Assembly (NCBI GenBank): GCA_964436305.1
Contig: CAYTCI010000004.1
Span: forward strand, 11,964-75,963
Direction: 5' to 3'
From: an uncultured Cytophagia bacterium
GTDB taxonomy: Bacteria; Zhuqueibacterota; Zhuqueibacteria; Residuimicrobiales; Residuimicrobiaceae
Length of the DNA: 64,000 nt
In this document: positions 1-8,903 of the stretch, piece after piece
Position numbering within the stretch: the stretch's first letter is position 1
How the letters are laid out: each line of letters opens with the position of its first letter
Program-made: the position numbers and the translations under genes
Notes under the pieces: model-generated
Told to the model about the DNA's origin: nothing
Database searches by the model: none
The model's input: only the letters and a program-made list of their open reading frames with translations

Positions 1-543
1 ATCGCCCGGCATAAAAGTCCATTCCATCGTTGTGCTGTACAGCTGCCAGGATGCGCCGGTCAGGCTGGAATCCTGTCCGATCTTGACGTAGCGGGTGCCG
101 GCCGGTGCGATGAAACCCAGAGTGATCGCAAAGGAATTGGTATAGAGCGCGCCGCTGTTGATGGTCATCGAGTAGAGCCCGGGGGTAGCCGAAACCGCCG
201 TGGAGAGGCCACCGCGCAGCCCGGCGGTGTTGCAGGCAGCCACCTGATAGATATAACTCTGGCCGTTGAGCAGGCCGGTATCCAGATAGCCGGTCGTGAC
301 CGATGAGTCGAGGACAACCGGTTTATCACGCAGGCTGTCGCTGCGGAAGATGAAATAACGGCTGATCTCACCGGGCGGCGGAGTCCAGGTGAGGCGGACC
401 GAGCGGTCCAGCACGCGCGCCGTCAAATGGGCCGGGGCAGCGGGATAACTGGAGCGTGCGACCCGGACCGGATCGGAGATTTGTTCACATGCTGCAGCCA
501 GCAGGAGCAGCATCGAGGCCGCCAGAAAGTACCTGAGGTTCAT
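1..543 (-). CDS. Lipoprotein with a fibronectin type III-like domain, partial (3' end runs off the window)
   Basis: Minus-strand ATG at 543-541 follows a GGAGG RBS (rc of 549-553). The N-terminus reads MNLRYFLAASMLLLLAACEQ, with lipobox LAAC. An FN3-like stretch reads RLTWTPPPGEISRYFIFRS...GQSYIYQVAACNTAG. The frame stays open to position 1. It is absent from the ORF track because no stop falls inside the window. Confidence 0.5.
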   Translation of the reverse strand, partial: MNLRYFLAASMLLLLAAACEQISDPVRVARSSYPAAPAHLTARVLDRSVRLTWTPPPGEISRYFIFRSDSLRDKPVVLDSSVTTGYLDTGLLNGQSYIYQVAACNTAGLRGGLSTAVSATPGLYSMTINSGALYTNSFAITLGFIAPAGTRYVKIGQDSSLTGASWQLYSTTMEWTFMPGD

Positions 544-554
544 GGTCCAGCCTC

Positions 555-1343
555 CTAAAAGGGAAGAGTATATGAGATTGTGAAGCCGCTGCCGTCGGAG
601 GCCGGCCCGCTCGTTCCCGGATCGGCGAGAAACTCGATCTGGCGCAGTTTTTTCGGAAAGACAAAGAGCGCGTCGAGAAAATTGAAGGCGTGCAGCCCTG
701 CAAGAGAAAAAAGGGCCGCGCGACGCCAGGTCTCCGCTTGCTGGTAGCGGTCATGGGCCCTGCGGACCGCCAGCCAGGCCTCGGGCTCCAGTGCCAGCTG
801 CCGGCTGGCCGACCGATAGTCCGCCACCCGGGCATTGTACTCGTCCTGCCGTTGCGTGAATTGATTGTGGGCATAGGCCAGCGAGAGCATCGCGCCCCCC
901 TCCAGGACCTGGAGGATGCGGGATTTGGTCTTTTGCTCGGTGTAATCCTGACCCCAACCGGGAAAAACCAGGGAACGGGCCACCGCCATCTTGCGCGTTT
1001 TGGGAGTGAGCATGAAAGTGATCGTTTCGATCTTGCGCGCGCCAAAATCGATGTCGCGCGAGACGGTCTCATAACCGCGTTTCTCGGCGTAGAGCCGGTA
1101 GCGCCCGCTGAGCTGATAGGGGAAGGAACAGGGGGTTTTGCCGATGATCTCGCCTTCAATGGTCACTGTGGCGCCGCTGGGACGGGATTCGATCATGAAA
1201 CCCTTGGCCGCATCCTGGTTTCCCTGCGCCCGGAGCGTGCTGCCCGGAGAGCAAAGCAGAATCAGCAAGAGGAGCGTGAGGTGTTGGCCGTGCTGCCAGC
1301 ATCGGCTGGCCAGTAAGGGTAACTGTGTTTTTATCTGCTGCAT
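555..1343 (-). CDS. PEGA domain-containing secreted protein
   Basis: ORF 555..1448 (-). The start is chosen at the internal Met (MQQIKTQLPLLAS...), which opens a signal-peptide-like segment. A PEGA-like motif is present (ATVTIEGEIIGKTPCSFPYQLSGRYRLYAEKRGYETVSRDIDF). It lies 12 nt upstream of the FN3 lipoprotein gene and is probably co-transcribed with it. Confidence 0.55.
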   Translation of the reverse strand: MQQIKTQLPLLASRCWQHGQHLTLLLLILLCSPGSTLRAQGNQDAAKGFMIESRPSGATVTIEGEIIGKTPCSFPYQLSGRYRLYAEKRGYETVSRDIDFGARKIETITFMLTPKTRKMAVARSLVFPGWGQDYTEQKTKSRILQVLEGGAMLSLAYAHNQFTQRQDEYNARVADYRSASRQLALEPEAWLAVRRAHDRYQQAETWRRAALFSLAGLHAFNFLDALFVFPKKLRQIEFLADPGTSGPASDGSGFTISYTLPF

Positions 1344-1382
1344 GCAAGCCTCACAAATCACTAATTTTAGCCAAAAAAGAAC

Positions 1383-1411
1383 TTGACAAACCGACTGCCG
1401 TTTTGTATTTT
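1383..1411 (+). promoter_or_regulatory. Sigma-70-like promoter (TTGACA-N17-TATTTT)
   Basis: TTGACA sits at 1383-1388, followed by a 17-nt spacer and TATTTT at 1406-1411. It is located in a low-GC intergenic region. Confidence 0.3.
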
Positions 1412-1417
1412 GTGCAG

Positions 1418-1518
1418 ACAAAAAAAGCCCACGGCAGCTTGTGCGCAAGCACGAGCCGCAGTTGTGGCGACGCTGCCAGCATTAATGACTTGGCCGGTCT
1501 GCTGGCAGCTTTTTTTTT
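1418..1518 (+). ncRNA. Candidate small RNA (promoter-to-terminator unit of about 100 nt)
   Basis: The unit lies downstream of the 1383-1411 promoter. It has a small hairpin gcttg-tgcg-caagc (1436-1449). A terminator-like stem GCTGCCAGC (1472-1480) pairs with GCTGGCAGC (1501-1509) and is followed by a T9 run (1510-1518). There is no convincing ORF on this strand. Confidence 0.25.
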
Positions 1519-2234
1519 ATTGGGGATGATGACGCCGCAGTCCGAACGGACTCGTGCCTCTTTTCAAGAGTACGACGTCAAGCCTATCGAGCGATCCCCC
1601 ATCGCAAGGGCTGATTGGAAACCTGTTTTGAACTGGATTTGTTGATTATGGATACGCGCTGCTAAGGCTCTGAAGCTGCTGATCCTCACCGGGCTGTTGC
1701 GCGGGCTGTGCCCCCCAGATGCATTCGTTGGCTGGGATTTCTTTCACAAAGCGGGATTTTGGTACGATGAAGGTGTACGTTGTACAAGAAGCTGTGTTTC
1801 GCAGGCGGATTTGCCGAGACCGGATTGCCAAAGCTTCACCTTGAACACCTTGATGCCGCAAAATCCCCCACCACCCCACCACCCTCTCGGATAAAGAGAA
1901 CAGGGTCAATAGTTGGAGCAGATTTGCTGTCGAGCAAGATTCAGGCTTGAAGCGATTTACTACCCATCGTGGTCTGGATAGTCTTTCATTGGCGTTGCTG
2001 TACAAGAAATATACAGAGTGTGGACTTCAATGTCAACAGAAAAATGCAAAAAAGTAATTTTTTTAACGCCTATACGCCAATATTATGCAAAAACTAGTCA
2101 ATTTAAGCGTCGTGTGGGCTACAACCGGCGTGCAGGGACCCTGGCGGGCTCCCGGTCCCCGGTAAAATGGCCCCGGCAAACCCCACCCGCAGTGGTGATC
2201 TGCCCGCAGGCCCTCGGGCTTGACACCGGAAGAG

Positions 2235-2250
2235 TGGAACAAATCCGGCA
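2235..2250 (+). promoter_or_regulatory. Possible sigma-54 -24/-12 element (TGGAAC-N5-CGGCA)
   Basis: The GG and GC dinucleotides show the canonical 10-nt spacing, but both flanks are imperfect (TGGAAC versus TGGCAC, and cgGCa versus ttGCa). It lies about 50 nt upstream of the DUF937 start. The match is weak. Confidence 0.2.
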
Positions 2251-2300
2251 GATTCCTTGTTGAAAAGTACAAACCACCCCTTAATCAACAGGAGTATGTC

Positions 2301-2882
2301 ATGAATGCATTGATGCAAATGCTGATCCAGCAGCTGAGCGGTAATGCCGTCGGCAAAATCGCCAAACAACTGGGCCTCGACACCACAACCGCCTCCCGGG
2401 CCGTCGGTATGGCCATCCCGGTCCTTATGTCCGCCCTCACCCGCAATTCGGCGACCGAAGCGGGCGCCTCGTCGTTGCACAACGCCCTGGTCAAGGACCA
2501 TGACGGCTCTATCTTTGACAACCTTGGCGGCCTGATCAGCAATGTTGCCGGTGGTTCCGGCGCCGGCATCCTCAAGCACATCCTCGGTGCCGACCAGACG
2601 GTGGTCACCTCCCGCATCAGCCAGAGCGCCGGCATCGACACCGGCACCATGGGGCAAATCATGCAAATGGTCGCACCGATGGTCATGGGCGCCCTGGGCA
2701 AAACCACCCGCGATGAGGGTCTGGACAGCTCGGGCCTCTCCGCCTTGCTCACCGGCCAGCAGCAGGAGGCCGAAAGCGCCCAGCCTGATCTCTTCGGTTC
2801 GCTCAACCGGATGCTCGACTCGGATGGCGATGGCAGCTCAATGGACGAGATCGGCGGCATTCTCGGCAAACTCTTCAGTTGA
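2301..2882 (+). CDS. DUF937 family protein
   Basis: An RBS (caggag) sits 6 nt before ATG 2301. The sequence MNALMQMLIQQLSGNAVGKIAKQLGLD...DGSIFDNLGG...GAGILKHILG... follows the characteristic DUF937 pattern. The upstream part of the 2220 ORF lacks an RBS. Confidence 0.6.
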   Translation: MNALMQMLIQQLSGNAVGKIAKQLGLDTTTASRAVGMAIPVLMSALTRNSATEAGASSLHNALVKDHDGSIFDNLGGLISNVAGGSGAGILKHILGADQTVVTSRISQSAGIDTGTMGQIMQMVAPMVMGALGKTTRDEGLDSSGLSALLTGQQQEAESAQPDLFGSLNRMLDSDGDGSSMDEIGGILGKLFS

Positions 2883-2942
2883 TCGCAACCCGGCAGCCTG
2901 GAGCCCGCAGAAACGATCCGGGCTGCCACTCCTTTTGATACA

Positions 2943-2971
2943 AGCCTGCACCCTCCAGCGCAGGCTTTTTT
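2943..2971 (+). terminator. Rho-independent terminator after the DUF937 gene
   Basis: Stem agcctgc (2943-2949) pairs with gcaggct (2960-2966) around a 10-nt loop, followed by a T6 run. Confidence 0.6.
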
Positions 2972-2991
2972 GTGGATTCGGACCAACGCCC

Positions 2992-4851
2992 ATGACCAAC
3001 TCCAACCCACGGCGGCGATTGCTCAATCCCGGCGAAATCGAGCTGCTCGCCCCGGCGCGCGATCCCGAGGCCGGCCGGGCCGCCATCGATTTCGGCGCTG
3101 ACGCCCTCTATATCGGCGCCCCCCGCTTCGGCGCCCGCGAACAGGCCGGCAACAGCCTGGAGGAACTCGCCACCCTGATCGAGTTCGCCCACCGCTTCTG
3201 GTGCCGGGTCTATATTACCCTCAATACGCTGATCCACGACCATGAACTGGACGAGGCCGTCGCTCTGACGCATCAGCTGCATGATCTGGGGGCGGACGGC
3301 CTGATCATCCAGGACACCGGCTTGCTCGAGTCGGATCTGCCCCCCCTGCCGCTGATCGCCAGCACCCAGATGCACAACCACACCCCCGCGCGGGTGGCCT
3401 TTCTCGAGGCGGCCGGTTTTCAGCGTGCGATCCTCGCGCGCGAGCTCGATCTGGAGCAGATTCGCGCCATCCGTCAGGAGAGCGGCATCGAGCTGGAGTG
3501 CTTCATCCATGGAGCGCTGTGCGTTTCTTACAGCGGCCAGTGTTATCTCAGCCTCGCCCGCGGCGGCCGCAGCGGCAACCGCGGCCAGTGCGCCCAACCC
3601 TGCCGGCTCCCCTACCGCCTCGTCGACAGCGCCGGCCGGACCCTGGCCGGGCGGCAGCACCTCCTCAGCCTGCGCGATCTCAATCTCTCGGCGGCGCTCG
3701 GCGATCTGATCGACGCCGGCATCACCTCCTTCAAGATCGAAGGCCGGCTCAAGGAGGCCTCCTATGTCAAGAATCTCGTCCGCTGGTATCGGCATCAGCT
3801 CGACGAGCTGCTGCCGGAGCGTGCTCTGCGACCCGCTGCCTCCGGCCGCAGCAGCGCCGGTTTTGTCCCCGACCCGGCGAAGAGCTTCAACCGCGGCTTC
3901 ACCACCTATTTTCTCCACGGGGCCGACCGGACGCTGACGGCGCGGGCGACGCCCAAATTTACCGGGGAGCCGCTCGGCACCGTTGCCCGCTGCCACGGGG
4001 GTCAACTTGAACTCGCGCCCGGTGCGCCGGCCCTGCACAACGGCGACGGCCTCACCTGGCTGGATCCGGCGGGCGAACTGCAGGGCGTGCGCGTTAACCG
4101 GGTCGAGGGGCGGCGTGCCTTCCTTGACCGGCCCCTCTCCTTGCCCGCGGGCACGCCTGTCGCGCGGAATTACGATCACGCCTTCCTCGCCGTCCTGAAA
4201 AAAGAAACGGGCGGCCGCACGGTGGCGGTCGCCCTCCATTTCAGAATGACACCGGCAGGATTTTGCCTGCAGGGGGTGGACGAGGACGGTGTGACCGCCG
4301 AGGTCTCCCTGACGGTGGCCCATCAAACGGCCCGCGCTCCGGCGCAGGCGGAAGAACAGGTTCGCCATCAGCTGAGCCGCTGCGGCGGCACCGCCTTTCG
4401 CTGCACCGGCGTGCAAATCGAATGGGCGGAGCCCTGTTTCCTCCCCCTCTCCGAGCTCAACCGGCTGCGGCGCGATCTGCTGGGGGCCCTCCTCGCCGCT
4501 CGCCTGCGTACCCATCCCCTGCTCCGTGTCCCGCTGCAGCCGAACGCCGTCCCTTTCCCGGAGAATCGCCTGGGATTCGAGGGCAACGTCCTCAACCGTC
4601 GTGCCCGTGCCTTCTACGCGCGCCACGGGGTGCAAGAGATCGAACCCGCCGCGGAGTCGGGCCTCGATATGCGCGGCCGGCGCGTGATGACGACCCGCTA
4701 CTGCATCCGCCGCGAACTCGGCCTGTGCGGCAAAGCCCTGCAAGCCGCCGGCTATGCCGAGCCGCTCTTCCTCCTCGATGACCAGGGCGAAGCCCTGCGC
4801 CTCCACTTCCGCTGTGAGCCCTGCGAGATGGAGCTCTACCTCCCCGACTGA
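2992..4851 (+). CDS. Peptidase U32 family protein (long form with C-terminal extension; RlhA/YhbU-like)
   Basis: ATG 2992 is in frame with ORF 2542..4851; the upstream part overlaps the DUF937 gene and its terminator. Conserved U32 blocks are present (IELLAPARDPEAGRAAIDFGADALYIG, GALCVSYSGQCYLS, GRSGNRGQCAQPCR). Confidence 0.8.
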   Translation: MTNSNPRRRLLNPGEIELLAPARDPEAGRAAIDFGADALYIGAPRFGAREQAGNSLEELATLIEFAHRFWCRVYITLNTLIHDHELDEAVALTHQLHDLGADGLIIQDTGLLESDLPPLPLIASTQMHNHTPARVAFLEAAGFQRAILARELDLEQIRAIRQESGIELECFIHGALCVSYSGQCYLSLARGGRSGNRGQCAQPCRLPYRLVDSAGRTLAGRQHLLSLRDLNLSAALGDLIDAGITSFKIEGRLKEASYVKNLVRWYRHQLDELLPERALRPAASGRSSAGFVPDPAKSFNRGFTTYFLHGADRTLTARATPKFTGEPLGTVARCHGGQLELAPGAPALHNGDGLTWLDPAGELQGVRVNRVEGRRAFLDRPLSLPAGTPVARNYDHAFLAVLKKETGGRTVAVALHFRMTPAGFCLQGVDEDGVTAEVSLTVAHQTARAPAQAEEQVRHQLSRCGGTAFRCTGVQIEWAEPCFLPLSELNRLRRDLLGALLAARLRTHPLLRVPLQPNAVPFPENRLGFEGNVLNRRARAFYARHGVQEIEPAAESGLDMRGRRVMTTRYCIRRELGLCGKALQAAGYAEPLFLLDDQGEALRLHFRCEPCEMELYLPD

Positions 4852-4861
4852 ACGCCCCGCT

Positions 4862-6889
4862 CTAGGCGATCGCCACCCGGATCAGATAGAGAAGGCCCGC
4901 CAGCGAGAGCGCAATGGCGAGGGCGGCCGCAGTGTGCGCCGGCTCGCCTCCACGGCCGGCCCGCAGAGCCCGCCGCACCACCATGGGGCCGAGCAGCAGG
5001 GTATTGATTATCAGGGGAACCAGGAGAAACCATGAGGGCTCGAGCCAACGCCCGGGATCGGCGAGGGCGGCCACTCCGGCATGCCAACGCGCCGCGCTCC
5101 CGACCGCACCGCTGATCTTGCCGGCCTGGATCATCAGATCGAATCCCCGCATGAGAAAGAGCAGGGCATTTCCGCAGAGCATCAACCAGGCCCCCACCCG
5201 CGCCGCATACGCCCAGGCGACCGCCGCCGGCCAGCTCTCGCCCTCATCGAGCCGGCTGTGGAGCACCCCATACCCCGCATAGATGACGAAACCGATGTTG
5301 AGCCAGCTGGCGAAGCGCAGCCAGGAGGTCGGCGGCAGATAATAGATCAGATAGAGGCAGGAGAGAATGCCGAGGGCCGGAAAGATATGATCCCGGCAAA
5401 AATAGAAGAAGAGGGCGGCTGCGATCAGCAGGCCGGCCTTGGCCAGGGGCGGCAGCGGCACCCATAGGAGCACGGCCGCCAGGATCAGATAGAGGCCGAG
5501 GGCCCAGGGCCACCCTCCGGGCACGCGGAAGGGGCGCGGCCGGCCGGGATCGCGCCGCCGCAGGACGATGATTCCGGCGCTGACCAAAATGAAAGCGAAG
5601 AGCGTGCCGATATTGGTCAGATCGACCATTTCGTCGATGCTGGCAACGGCGGCGAAAGAGGCCACGAAGAGCCCGGTGATCAGGGTGGCGATATGCGGGG
5701 TGCGAAAACGCGGATGGACCCGGCGGAATACTGGCGGCAGCAGGCCGTCACGCGACATCGAGAAGAATATGCGCGGCTGGCCGAGCTGGAAGATGAAGAG
5801 CACCGCGGTGTGGGCGATGACCGAGCCGAAGGCGACGATCCCGACCGCCCAGCCGAGTGAGGGACTGGCATGCGCGAGCGCCAGGGTCAGGGGCTCGGCC
5901 TGCTCGGTGGCGAGGGTGGCCTTGAGCTCCGGATAGGAGATCAGACCGGTGAAAATGGCCGAGACGATCACGTAAAAAAGGGTGCAGATGATGAGCGAGG
6001 CGATAATGCCGATCGGGAGGTCGCGTTTGGGATTGCGCGTCTCCTCCGCAGCGGTCGAAACCGCGTCGAACCCGATGTAGGCGAAAAAGACGATCGCCGC
6101 CCCGGCGCTGATCCCCGACCAGCCGTTCGGGGCGAAGGGTGTCCAGTTCTCCGGCTTGATCCAGAAACCACCGACTACAATGAAAAAGGTCAGCACGACG
6201 ATCTTGATGCCGACCATCACGGCATTGAAGCGGGCGCTCTCCCGGATGCCCCAGATGAGCACCAGGGAGATCAGCGCGACGATCGTGACCGCCAGAAGAT
6301 TGCAGACAATCGGCAAGCCGAAGAGGTGCGGGGCATCACGGAAGACAGTCTGTACTCCGGCGCTATCGACGATGCGCGCGGCCGTGCGGTAATCCATCGA
6401 GATCCAGTCGGGGATGACGACGCCAAATCCGCGCATAAAGGTCTTGAAATAGTTCGCCCAGGAGATGGCCACAGCGATGTTGCCGACGGCATATTCGATG
6501 ATCAGGTCCCAGCCGATGACCCAGGCGATCAGCTCGCCAAGGGTTGCGTAGGAGTAGGTGTAGGCCGAACCGGCGATCGGCACCAGCGAGGCGAATTCGG
6601 CGTAACAGAGGGCGGTGAAGCCGCAGACCACCGCGGTGATGACAAAGGAGAGCATCAGCGCCGGGCCCGCGCCCGGCCTGAAGGCATCTCCGGCAGCGGC
6701 CGTACCGATGGTGGCGAAGATGCCGGCGCCGATGATGGCGCCGATGCCGAAGAGGGTCAGCTGTACCGGCCCCAGCACCCGTTTGAGGCTGTACTCACTG
6801 CGCTCGGAGTCGCGGAGGATGCGATCCAGCGATTTGATGCGGAAAAGCGCAGCCATGCCGCGGCCGCGTGTGGGTGAGGCTCCTTCCAT
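4862..6889 (-). CDS. APC-superfamily amino-acid permease (cationic amino acid transporter-like) with an extra C-terminal membrane extension
   Basis: The product is 675 aa. The N-terminal block ALFRIKSLDRILRDSE...LKRVLGPVQLTLFGIGAIIGAGIF is typical of APC transporters. A GGAGG RBS sits 8 nt before ATG 6889. The last 200 or so residues carry about four further hydrophobic helices beyond the core. Confidence 0.8.
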   Translation of the reverse strand: MEGASPTRGRGMAALFRIKSLDRILRDSERSEYSLKRVLGPVQLTLFGIGAIIGAGIFATIGTAAAGDAFRPGAGPALMLSFVITAVVCGFTALCYAEFASLVPIAGSAYTYSYATLGELIAWVIGWDLIIEYAVGNIAVAISWANYFKTFMRGFGVVIPDWISMDYRTAARIVDSAGVQTVFRDAPHLFGLPIVCNLLAVTIVALISLVLIWGIRESARFNAVMVGIKIVVLTFFIVVGGFWIKPENWTPFAPNGWSGISAGAAIVFFAYIGFDAVSTAAEETRNPKRDLPIGIIASLIICTLFYVIVSAIFTGLISYPELKATLATEQAEPLTLALAHASPSLGWAVGIVAFGSVIAHTAVLFIFQLGQPRIFFSMSRDGLLPPVFRRVHPRFRTPHIATLITGLFVASFAAVASIDEMVDLTNIGTLFAFILVSAGIIVLRRRDPGRPRPFRVPGGWPWALGLYLILAAVLLWVPLPPLAKAGLLIAAALFFYFCRDHIFPALGILSCLYLIYYLPPTSWLRFASWLNIGFVIYAGYGVLHSRLDEGESWPAAVAWAYAARVGAWLMLCGNALLFLMRGFDLMIQAGKISGAVGSAARWHAGVAALADPGRWLEPSWFLLVPLIINTLLLGPMVVRRALRAGRGGEPAHTAAALAIALSLAGLLYLIRVAIA

Positions 6890-7124
6890 CTGCCAGGCTC
6901 CTTCCTGCTGCCAGCCGGTCCGTTTTCGTCCTGAATATACGGCTATTTGGGCCGAAGTTGCAATCGAATTCTCAGCTCCCCACCCGGTCGGGATGGGCTA
7001 TTGAACCAGAACGGAGGGCAGCCTGGCAAATAAAACCATTTGGTTTTAGGATACATTTATTTAAATTATAAAGCTAATGAGCAAATCACTCGCATAAGGA
7101 TCTGGCAAAGGGAAAAGGAGTTCC

Positions 7125-8309
7125 ATGAAGATTTTTGTGCTCAATTGTGGCAGCTCTTCGCTCAAATTTCAGCTCATCGAGGCCGATACGGAAAAGCTTC
7201 TGGCCAAGGGCGTGGTGGAGCGGATCGGCGCCAGCGATGCCATCTTGACCTACAAGCCGGTGGGCAAAGAGGCGGTTTCGCAGACGCGTGAAATCCCCAA
7301 CCACGAAACCGCCCTGAGTCTGGTGCTTGACCTGCTTTCGAGCGCTCAGCATGGCGTGATTGCGAGCATGGGCGAAATCAAGGGGGTTGGCCACCGTCTG
7401 GTGCACGGCGGCGAGGAGTTTGTCAGTTCGGTATTGATCGATGGCAAGGTGAAGGAGGGGGTGCACCGCTGCATCCAGTTTGCGCCGCTGCATAATCCCC
7501 ATAATCTAAAGGGCGTGGAAGTCTGCGAGCAGCTGATGCCGGGGGTGCCACAGGTGGGCGTCTTCGATACCGCCTTCCATCACACCCTGCCGGCCAAGGC
7601 CTTTATGTATGCCCTGCCGATGTCGTTCTACCGCAAGCACCGCATCCGCCGCTATGGTTTCCACGGCACCTCGCATGCCTATGTCGCCCGCAAGGCAGCC
7701 GAGTTCACCGGCCGGCCGCTCGAGAACCTGAAGATCATCACCTGTCATCTCGGCAACGGCGCCAGTGTCACCGCTGTCGATGGCGGCCGCTCGGTCGAGA
7801 CCAGCATGGGCTTCACCCCGCTCGAAGGGCTGGTCATGGGGACGCGCTCCGGGGATGTCGATCCGGCCCTGATTCCCTATATTGCCAAGATCGAGGATCT
7901 CTCGATGGCCCAGGTCGATTCCCTGCTCAACAAAAAAAGCGGCATGCTCGGGCTGACCGAAAAGACCAATGATTTTCGCGAAATCGAGGAGGCGGCCGAG
8001 CATGGTGATGCCGCCTGCATCCAGGCCCTGGAGATCTTTTGCCACCGCCTGCGCAAGTACATCGGTGCCTATATGGCCGTGCTCGGCGGTCTGGATGTGC
8101 TGGTCTTCACCGCCGGCATCGGGGAGCACTCTCCGCTGGTGCGCGAATGGACCTGCGCCAATCTGGCCGCACTCGGGATCGAGATTGACCCGGCGCGCAA
8201 CGCCAAAAATGAATTTGATATCGGCTCGGGCGCCGTCAGGGTCCTGGTGGTGCCAACCAACGAGGAACTCGCCATCGCCCGCGAAACCCAGCGCATTCTG
8301 GCCCATTGA
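7125..8309 (+). CDS. ackA: Acetate kinase
   Basis: The N-terminus is MKIFVLNCGSSSLKFQLIE. The product is 394 aa. An RBS (aaaaggag) lies upstream. Confidence 0.95.
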   Translation: MKIFVLNCGSSSLKFQLIEADTEKLLAKGVVERIGASDAILTYKPVGKEAVSQTREIPNHETALSLVLDLLSSAQHGVIASMGEIKGVGHRLVHGGEEFVSSVLIDGKVKEGVHRCIQFAPLHNPHNLKGVEVCEQLMPGVPQVGVFDTAFHHTLPAKAFMYALPMSFYRKHRIRRYGFHGTSHAYVARKAAEFTGRPLENLKIITCHLGNGASVTAVDGGRSVETSMGFTPLEGLVMGTRSGDVDPALIPYIAKIEDLSMAQVDSLLNKKSGMLGLTEKTNDFREIEEAAEHGDAACIQALEIFCHRLRKYIGAYMAVLGGLDVLVFTAGIGEHSPLVREWTCANLAALGIEIDPARNAKNEFDIGSGAVRVLVVPTNEELAIARETQRILAH

Positions 8310-8333
8310 GCAGCCCTGATCGATGGAAAGCAT

Positions 8334-8375
8334 AAAAAAAGCCTTTTACCGGCACCGGTAAAAGGCTTTTTTTTT
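8334..8375. terminator. Bidirectional intrinsic terminator between ackA and tRNA-Gly
   Basis: An A7 run (8334-8340) precedes a perfect 12-bp stem, gccttttaccgg/ccggtaaaaggc (8341-8366), which is followed by a T9 run (8367-8375). Confidence 0.7.
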
Positions 8376-8376
8376 G

Positions 8377-8448
8377 AGCGGGAGACGGGGATCGAACCCG
8401 CGACATCAAGCTTGGGAAGCTTGCGTTCTACCACTGAACTACTCCCGC
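8377..8448 (-). tRNA. tRNA-Gly (anticodon CCC)
   Basis: The rc reads GCGGGAG-TA-GTTCAGTGGTAGAAC-G-CAAGC-TTCCCAA-GCTTG-ATGTC-GCGGG-TTCGATC-CCCGT-CTCCCGC-T. This gives a cloverleaf with a 7-bp acceptor stem, a TTCGATC T-loop and anticodon CCC. CCA is not encoded. Confidence 0.85.
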
Positions 8449-8507
8449 AGCGTGAACTCTATTTTAGCAAATATTCTGACGAAATGCAAGGCCTTTCTGC
8501 ACGGCCG

Positions 8508-8610
8508 GCCGGGTTGGCGCGAGAGGGGCGCAGAGGCTGCCGGGTTGGCGCGAGAGGGGGGCTTTGCGGCTCTACGCGAGCCAGTGGCAGCCGGGTCGGC
8601 ACAAGAGGGG
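8508..8610. repeat. Three direct copies of a 21-nt GC-rich motif (gccgggttggcgcgagagggg)
   Basis: Two copies are identical (8508-8528 and 8539-8559, 31-nt period). A third copy at 8590-8610 (gccgggtcggcacaagagggg) has 3 mismatches. All lie in the 270-nt gap between tRNA-Gly and a small ORF. Confidence 0.5.
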
Positions 8611-8721
8611 TACGGAGGCAAAGGAATCTCTTGAATATGGCCCAAAAAACTGCTATGTTATTTCCAGCACACACACGACCGGGCCAAGGCGCCCGGCAGC
8701 ACACTTAACCAGGAGGATGCC

Positions 8722-8892
8722 ATGGCTGAAGAGATGGTATCGGCCGGAAAACTGGCCAAGGAATGGGGCGTAAGCGAAGCCGCCGTCAAAAAGGCGATCA
8801 AGGAACTCGGTGTCGAGCCCGACGCCAAAAAGGGTGTTTGCGCCCTCTACAGCGCAACCACAGCCGCCAAAATCAAAAAAGCGCTCAAGTAA
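8722..8892 (+). CDS. Small hypothetical protein (56 aa), Lys/Ala-rich
   Basis: An AGGAGG RBS sits 5 nt before ATG 8722. The product is MAEEMVSAGKLAKEWGVSEAAVKKAIKELGVEPDAKKGVCALYSATTAAKIKKALK. The stop codon is 11 nt before the RBS/ATG of the downstream kinase. It is below the length cut-off of the ORF track. Confidence 0.45.
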   Translation: MAEEMVSAGKLAKEWGVSEAAVKKAIKELGVEPDAKKGVCALYSATTAAKIKKALK

Positions 8893-8903
8893 AGGAGGTC
8901 TGC

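Noticed and set aside
1866-1890. CCACCACCCCACCACCC tract
   Set aside because: It is a short low-complexity run inside the AT-richer intergenic region. It has no flanking structure suggesting a functional repeat.
2542-2991. N-terminal 150 codons of the ORF containing peptidase U32
   Set aside because: This stretch overlaps the DUF937 gene and its terminator. An internal ATG at 2992 gives a normal U32 N-terminus, so the extension is an open-frame artefact.
2875-4806. 643-aa ORF on the minus strand
   Set aside because: It is entirely antisense to the well-supported peptidase U32 gene. It is Ala/Gly/Arg-rich and low-complexity, as expected of high-GC antisense frames.
8374-8708. Short ORFs (60-98 aa) overlapping tRNA-Gly and the repeat region
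   Set aside because: They overlap a clear tRNA and terminator, and have no RBS.
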